Positions 18,476-34,824 of a stretch of DNA of 34,824 nucleotides are shown in pieces. The stretch covers positions 1 to 34,824 of the forward strand of contig JAQGDQ010001557.1 of the NCBI GenBank assembly GCA_030141605.1, read 5' to 3'. The translations under genes were made by a program, and so were the position numbers. The notes beneath the pieces are model-generated. The model did not search any database. It saw only the letters and a list, made by a program, of their open reading frames with translations, and was not told where the DNA came from. This DNA comes from Tubiluchus corallicola (lineage: Eukaryota > Animalia > Priapulida). Position 1 is the stretch's first letter; each line of letters opens with the position of its first letter.

Positions 18476-18649
18476 CTGGTGAGTGGTGAATAGTGCGCAC
18501 CTATGTATTGACGACCAGATATCACTCTTACAACATTCATTTAGTTTTAAACACATGTTTTACAATAATAGTAATTATTATAATAACTGCTTTATTTCAC
18601 AAACATAAACTTGCTTGCGAAGACTGAGAGTTCTAACCGTTAACACGTT

Positions 18650-19420
18650 TTTCAATGGTCTCTCCTCAATGATTTTCGAAATTGAGCCATACCTGATGCG
18701 TCAACAGTTTCACTATTAAGTGAATCTCAAGGGCCCACAACACAAGAAGAGAAGAAATGGGCTCTCATATTGGTGCGAGAATACTGTACAAATAATTTAG
18801 AGTTGTGTCGACGTGAATCACGTGGTGGTCTAGAAAAAAATTTATCACAATGTAAAAGTGAATTACCGCTCATGACTTTATAGCAATTAATATGATATAT
18901 AGTATCACAGTATTGTTCAAGAGAAAATACTAGTTCAAGAGTGGTCTGGTTGAATATCAGAGGCCAGACTAATACATCTCGCTTCAGTTTTTTCAAAAGC
19001 TTCCTTTAGAGCAACATACTGCAGTAACCAAATATCGCACATGCACTCATGTATTAGTCTGAACAGACTGAGGTACAATAACTTTTGAAATGGGCGTGAT
19101 GAAATGCAGCATGTTATCATTCCAATGCGTCTATTAGCCCGAGAGATAATATGCTCATTATGAGAGTTCCACTTCAGGTTATTTGAGATTAATATACCCA
19201 AAGCACGAACAGCTGATAACACTTCAATAAGACCATCTTTCAAAGACGTTGTAGAATTTGAACAAATACGAAGTACGCTGCGTTTACTACATTTGAGGGA
19301 CATTGTCCAGTTTTCACACCATCGCTCAATTTCAAACTGGTCAGCTTGTAATATCTCTTGATAGGAGATATTTCTAATTGGACGATAAAGTTCAATACCA
19401 TCAACAAAATAATGATACAT
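18650..19420 (-). mobile_element. Decayed non-LTR retrotransposon (CR1/L2/Jockey-like) ORF2 3' fragment
   Basis: Translation shows RT thumb/C-terminal motifs: (FVDG)IELYRPI..LQAD..IERWCENWTMSL..VRALGILISNNLKWNSH.EHIISRANRRIGMI..KLLYLSL.R; continues after a frameshift as ..YKVMSG..FFSRPPRDSRRHNSKLFVQYSRTNMRAHFFS..VVGP. The catalytic YADD position is degenerate. Boundaries approximate. Confidence 0.85.
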
Positions 19421-20533
19421 GTATATGCCGTACAAGGGCATATTTATGTATGTCAGTTAAAGTACAATTAGCAAATTATAGTGCCACTTCAAATACAGGC
19501 CTCTTTTAAGCGTGGTTGATAAAAAGAAAAAATACAGTAATTTATAACAAGTCCAAATGCGTGTATATTACGGTGCTGGTTAAATGAGACGCATTAATTT
19601 GTAGCGAAATTAATTCGGACTTCTTCATTTAGAATCGCGTATAGTTGAAATTTTATGTAAATAGTTAATCAACAATTTCTTAACTTCCACATCTCCACTT
19701 TTGTTTAAAAATATAAGCTGATCGATATCACATATGGATGATGGATGGGAATTCTGAAGCTACATCTTTGGCATGCAGGAACTGTGGATATTGAATGCAG
19801 GAATTGAATACTGTGTTGATGACCGACGTGTTGCCTACAAACGCTTTCATTAAATTTTGCTAGTCAAAAGTAGTTTAGTAAAAAACTGACATTATCACAC
19901 CGCTACATGGTTAGCATAATCTTAGAACAATTCAAATAGTACAGTCCTATGCTCAGTACACTGTACTACAGTACTACTGCCACGTATAACAACACGAAAT
20001 TAGTGAGCTGTTAAACTACGTACGCAGCATTACAACTAAAACTGCGGGAGTAATGCTCACCAGTAAAGTACTAAATCCTGTCGTTTACCATCCGCAACAT
20101 GCTCGTGTCATGCCAAACAAAAATCGCAGGCTGCTTAAAGATTGGAAGTAGTTCGTGTTTATTTACTTTTTATCTAAAATATTTTTGAGTACAATTATAC
20201 CACAATGCATGAAGAAGTGTCGCTAGTAAACTACACTATAAAATAAAACTTTAACAACATTACAAAGTTCGAGACTTAATAAGTTGATGATATATTTTAC
20301 AGCATATATTGCTTATTTTGATGTTGCACGGTATAGCTAAATTGACTACTGTGAACATTTTGCTTGCTGCCTACTACACTGGTAAACTGCCCAGTTGTAC
20401 ATGCTTGATGCTGATTATTTTATATATTAACCTAAGATTCGCTAATACCGATAATGTACAGTGAGTAATGAACGCTGCGATTTATATATAGGATACCAAA
20501 GATATCTCAGGCCACTTTTCACTTAAACGAAAT

Positions 20534-29755
<9,222 letters not shown>

Positions 29756-30598
29756 CTGAAAGTAAAAAAATCGATGAGGCAGTATTGACCACAGCACCAG
29801 GTGCAAAACTGTGCAAGAATATTTCTTGATTTTCATGTTGCAATCACTGCTATTGTTGACGCTAACGTTCTTATTGTTGTCAGCTTGTTTTACCGTTACT
29901 TTAGTTTCAAGCTCTAAATCAGGTGTAGCCGGAATAAATTTACTACTTTTTGACTAATAAATATGACACTAATTTATTTTGAAACTTTTCAGCTTACATT
30001 TTTAAAACCTCAATACAGTTTTAAATGATAAAATTAAATTTCAAATGAGTATGAAATCGTGCTAATATGACAAGTCTCATCTCTGCGCCTTCTTTACGCT
30101 GCCATCAACTCCTTTCTTTTTTCTTTTCTTCAACTTTCAAGCTACTGGTACAATTATTAGTTAGTAACAGTATCCGCTGAAATACAGTCTGAATCAGCCG
30201 TTTGCCCCAGCAACATGAGCAACGTTTGCACCAGCCGTTTGAATGCGCAAAAATAGCAGATTGTTTTCATAAACTGTGCAAACATGTCCTCGTAATTACG
30301 TAGAAAAGCTTCTGCGCTTCTCTAAGAGCATCTGTATGAAAAACTGTAAACTGATTGTAGTATAAAAATTGTACTGAAATGTAAGGTTTGTACCTGCAGC
30401 TGCAGCGCTTGCATGTGTCATCCAACGACTCATTGCAAACAGTTATAATATTTGCCACTCCCTGTTTCCAAAATGGTTTCATTAAATTATGATGGTTCCA
30501 ACGCTCAGCTACTAAAACAGAGTCTGTTTATTGGGTTTCGTGCCGTTTTACTCAGATTTCGTCCGATAGTTAACTGTTTTACACACTGTTCTGAAGAC

Positions 30599-30758
30599 AG
30601 TTGAATGTGTTCTATTGAATCTTTTCCAACAGATCAAAATAAAATACGTCACTGATAATGACGTGCATGTAGCGTACATAGTTGAATGCGTTCTTTTGAA
30701 TCTTTTCCAACAGATCAAAATAAAATACGTCACTGACGATGACATGCATTTAGCGTAC
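30599..30758. repeat. 81-bp tandem duplication upstream of HCN
   Basis: AGTTGAATG.GTTCT.TTGAATCTTTTCCAACAGATCAAAATAAAATACGTCACTGA.. starting at 30599 and 30680, few mismatches. Confidence 0.92.
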
Positions 30759-31261
30759 TGACAATCACCATGCATGTATGAATAAAATAATAATATCGTG
30801 TTTACAACGCGGTTTTTGAAAGAAACCGATTACTAAACATTAAGTTTTTAAAAGTTAGTTGCAAGACGAATGACATTGATTCTAAAAATTAACAGATTGG
30901 AGATTCATTTACAAATGTAATTCTATTTCATTTCATTTTACAATTTTTGCTAGAGAGGATGCTATTTTCAAGTGCAAAATCTCAAGTAGTGTTTAAATGA
31001 TTCAACGTATGTTCTAGTTGAAATTGTGTGGTCAAAACGCTAGGGGAATGATCGCAAACTGAGGTAAATTTCCTTGATGTAAAATTTCCAATTCAAATTA
31101 CAATAAAAACACGAAATAGTAGTATTGCTGCATGAACCGAATGAGACTCAATAAATGATGTGTGATACAGTTGTAGCGAATGTATAAATGGTCAAGCGTT
31201 CGATCAAGTGCGAAAAAAACAGCGAAAAGATGTCTATTTTGGCACCCTATACTCGCCTTTC

Positions 31262-31397
31262 TTAACAAAGTTTATTGGAAATCTATTAGACAGTTTTTGC
31301 GTAATAGGCTTATAGCCATAATAAACAAAAAAGCAACCAAACACACAGACAAAGAAACAAACTGTTATAAAGTATAACTTCCTTAGTAGAGGTAAAA
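31262..31397. mobile_element. Terminal fragment of a Helentron/HINE-like non-autonomous element
   Basis: Layout AAAGTTT..GGAAATC..AGTTTTTGCGTAAT, then a degenerate (AAAC/AGAC) microsatellite, then ATAACTTCCTTAGTAGAGGTAA, resembling the recalled ATAACCTCCTTGGCGGAGGTAA terminal hairpin of such elements. Confidence 0.5.
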
Positions 31398-32275
31398 ACA
31401 AGTAAAATAATTATCAAACACAGCAATCCTAACCCTAAACACATATTTTACTAAGTATGCCATTTTTCCTGTGCTATTTCTACCGCTCAGTGGTTGGAGC
31501 TTTTATTTAACAACATTCATTATTATACTTCGTACAGAGTGTACTTGCAATTAATCTGGCAAAATGTCAAAATAATCAAATGATACAAGTGTCCTATTTA
31601 TTACTACAGAATAAAACGTCATAATCAATACCTGTACAAAGCCTATTTTCATTTACATAATCAGGCCTATTAATGATAAGAAACAGCGTTATTCAAATAA
31701 CAACCTTCTGAAACAGAAACTGTTGTTTCCAATTAAGAAACAGAATAACAAAATGTGGTTGATCACATTCTGTTGCAAATTCTTTACTGTGTACCTTTTA
31801 TAGAACAATTACGTGCAAATGGCCGAGATTCGTTATCTACACAGTGCGCAAATACTCGGAAGCTTGTAATGATTGTCGATTGAAGGTCAGCATATGATAT
31901 AACAACAAATTTACAGGATTACGTAATTCATCTTGTAAAGAAAAAGTCTTTCCCAGACTTTTTATCTCTTTATTCTATTGTAAAAATAACAAAAAGGGAT
32001 GCGTTTTTAAAAATAAACTGTTATTGTTATCATTATTACGAAATGTCAAGACAAAAACATGCACTATATGAGTCATATACATAAAACATGCTCTTTTCTC
32101 TTATAAATATTTGTATTAGATTATCTTAATTAAGCATATTTACACGCCCACGTCTACGAAAAGCTCATTTGAATTATCATCTTATACACTACTTCTCTAC
32201 GGTTTTCTTACATACATTTATATATTCATTTATATTCCATATAACCAGTAAGTACAACAGAATGACATTGAAAGC

Positions 32276-34249
32276 CTACTGGACATGTGTTGCATTTGTT
32301 GTTGAATAACCATCAGAGTAACCCGGATAAAGCATAGAGCCACCGAAGAAAACGTTTCCGCTAGTGGGAGAAGGTAAGTATAATGGACTTGGTAGCGGAG
32401 AAAATCCGCCGAAGAACAACCCACCAGAGAGGTACGGAGAAGCCAACACTGTCTTTGGCGTCAAGAGAGGACTTAGTGTTGGTGGTAACATTCTTCGCGG
32501 TGAGTCGGCTATCGTGGATTGCGTTATTTGTGGAATTTGTAACGGTGAAGGTACCGCCAGTTCCTCGTGTGATCTGGACATGATGAGATGACCACTTGTT
32601 TTTGTTGCCTGCCTTTCTTGCGAAGCCAGATCCAGTGGTCTGGTGTTGGACTGGTCTTGCGAAGCCACGTCTTTTGTTGTAATTGTAAGTTCTTGGATAG
32701 TGGCCTTACCCATCTCCATTTTGCCAGGCAAAAGTCCGACAGTTGAGAAACTCTTTTTTCGCTGATTTTCGAGTGTTTTAACTTTGTCTTTGCGAAACTT
32801 TGAGGCAGTTCCTTTGTAGATTCCCCTGTTACGCTTGTTAGCAAACCAGGACTTAACCTGTAATAATACCATTTAAAACTAACTTTTTATGTATGTTGGT
32901 TGTTTTACAGATCAATGTACAATACTGTAGAACATGAAAAAATTCATTTGGTGAGCACGTTTACCGTTAAATAGCAAATTACGTTAGACAAGTAGTAAAT
33001 AACGAAATAGGTAGAAGGGGTAAAGCAGAGTAGGGTAGGTAACTTAGCGTATAATAAGATTCGACAAATGGGAGTGCTTAAGTAGGTAGCAGGTAGATAG
33101 GTAGACAGGCAGACCTACTAGGCAAGGAGACAGGTAGGTAGATAGGTCTAATAGGTAAATAGGTAGTGCGCTTAGGAAGGAAAGTAGATGAGATTCCCAC
33201 TAACCTGAGATTCCCTAATATTGGCAGCTGCAGCTAACAGTTCTCTTTCTTTCTTTGTAGGATACGGATGACTTAGATTTTTCTCAAACCATTTATTTAA
33301 TACTCTAGTAGCTAGAGGACACAATGTACGCTTCTGCTTAGTCTCATCTGTCACCGGCTGGCCGTTCTGTTTCTTCAGCAACTGCAAAACTTTGTCAACT
33401 AGATCTTGACGTTCTCTGAAAAAGAAAAAGAACAGAGTAAATAAAAACGTAAAACTCATTTTTCACAAAATGACTAAAGCGTTACAAGTGTTCGCGATAC
33501 AATAGCACATCCGCAGTGCAAAATCATTAAAATGATGGTTACAAAAATGCATTTGCGATACAAACGATATAAGCTCATTTTTATTAATATTATTTTATCC
33601 TATTAAATTTAGTCGCTCGCTAACAATGATAATGACGCAAATAACAGAACAGTCATATCGTATGTATGACAGCAGAAGTTAGACAATGTCGAGGCTGTCA
33701 GTGTTCCATCACACAGAACACAAACACAAGAAGGTTGTTGGTTCATTAATTTAAATTTTAATTACACTCAGTCACAAAAAAATAAAAACCCGCCTTTCTC
33801 TTTCCTCGTTATTCACACACATGCGCGGTAAGCCTAGCTAGCGGGTGGCCTAAAACTAATATTTTGTAACAGTCAGTGTATAGTTAGTGGCTCACCCAGC
33901 AGAAGCTTGCCATTTATAGTAAGCCAGATTCCGGTCTTGCCTCAAACTTAATGCTGTATAAGCCTTGCTGAATGCTCGATTCCGGCTCGTATTAAGAACT
34001 CTGTTGCAAAAATAGTAGTTTACGTAAATTTTCAATACTTGTACTAAAAAAATGAACAACAAATGTATAAAACCTAGTTTACCTGTTGTACAGAAAATTA
34101 ATTTTAACCGCATTTTGTGGTTGAGCCAGTAGATCTTGATATCGCCTTCTCTCTATGTCACACAGTGAACTCGCGTAAAACTCTTGGAGGTGGTGAACTA
34201 CAGGATTGCCATGAGCAGACTGAGCTTTAAACATCATGTCAACTTCCAT
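32276..34249 (-). CDS. TALE-class homeobox protein, spiralian-specific (SPILE-like) with PADRE-like N-terminal domain
   Basis: Exons 34249-34083 (MEVDMM..VVHHLQEFYASSLCDIERRRYQDLL..INFLYN; exon acceptor at 34278), 33415-33205 (RERQDLVDKVLQLL..KRTLCPLATRVLNKWFEKNLSHPYPTKKERELLAAAANIRESQ), 32857-32276 (VKSWFANKRNR..Pro/Ser/Gly-rich tail). 319 aa; the loop extension plus PYP marks TALE; Ala50; intron at Q|V in helix 3. Confidence 0.9.
33005..33165. repeat. Degenerate (TAGG/TAGA/CAGG)n tetranucleotide repeat in TALE intron
   Basis: Visible runs such as AGTAGGTAGCAGGTAGATAGGTAGACAGGCAGAC. Confidence 0.7.
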
Positions 34250-34354
34250 ATCCCGCTGGATAAGCCTTTCATTAAATCCTGCCAACAAAAACACGCCAAA
34301 ATTACAAAAACACATGGGCGACATGTAACAGAATACAATAGGATTTTTTCTTAC

Positions 34355-34385
34355 TTGGATTGATAAGAAACACACCGTAAACTGA
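34355..34385 (-). promoter_or_regulatory. Putative initiator and short non-coding first exon of the TALE gene
   Basis: TCAGTT initiator consensus at 34385-34380 (- strand); donor CAA|GTAAGA at 34354 giving a 76-nt intron to the acceptor before 34278. Confidence 0.45.
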
Positions 34386-34824
34386 GTAGTTCCGTTATGG
34401 CCCAAATAAATTAGCAGAAAAGAAAACTGGTGCTTTTAACTAGTTTAAACAAACGCAGAAATCAACAGGAATAGTCTCTGTAATAATACACTAAATTAAG
34501 AAAATTAAATGTGTAAAATTTATCTTTGTGTTTAATTTTATTGAAGTTTGAGATAAAAATTTTAACTTCCCATATGCGGGAGTTAGTGATACATATTGCA
34601 GCACAGCAGGCGCTTTATAGGCACGAAATTTAAGTTTTTACTTGATAACTCAGTATAAGCCTCTTAACGGAGCGATTGCCTGGTAACGTGCCTTTACACG
34701 TTTTTTGTCATAGCTAAATGCAAAATTTCACGCCAAACAGTGTCAATAACACAAATTCATTAAAATATACAAAATATTGACGTACAATTTTTATCCATAA
34801 AATTTATAGTTCCTAATTTAAATA

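Noticed and set aside
32230-32844. Overlapping alternative-frame and antisense ORFs in the last TALE exon
   Set aside because: Shadows of a relatively GC-rich coding exon.

Overview
AT-rich, intron-containing animal genomic DNA, most likely from a spiralian/lophotrochozoan invertebrate (inferred from the TALE gene type and the short HCN S4-S5 linker). Four protein-coding genes can be assembled by hand with GT-AG introns and consistent phases: (1) + strand SCaMC/SLC25A23-24-25-type mitochondrial ATP-Mg/Pi carrier (carrier exons 8328-12532; no EF-hand exons seen in the window, but a candidate alternative first exon at 3087-3239 and a candidate 63-nt cassette exon at 8678-8740); (2) - strand TTC19-like TPR protein (17885-15237); (3) - strand divergent HCN channel (at least 9 exons, 29755-20534, 5' end unresolved); (4) - strand TALE homeobox gene with a WFANKRNR helix 3 and a PADRE-like N-terminal domain (SPILE-type; 34249-32276). 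Repeats include a complete 438-bp hAT-type MITE with an 8-bp TSD in the TTC19 promoter, a decayed CR1/L2-like LINE, an LTR-like segment, a Helentron-like fragment and microsatellites. The most unusual sequence-level signal is a perfect 17-bp inverted repeat that would pair across the 3' splice site of the HCN voltage-sensor exon. All family assignments are from recalled motifs; no database search was run.
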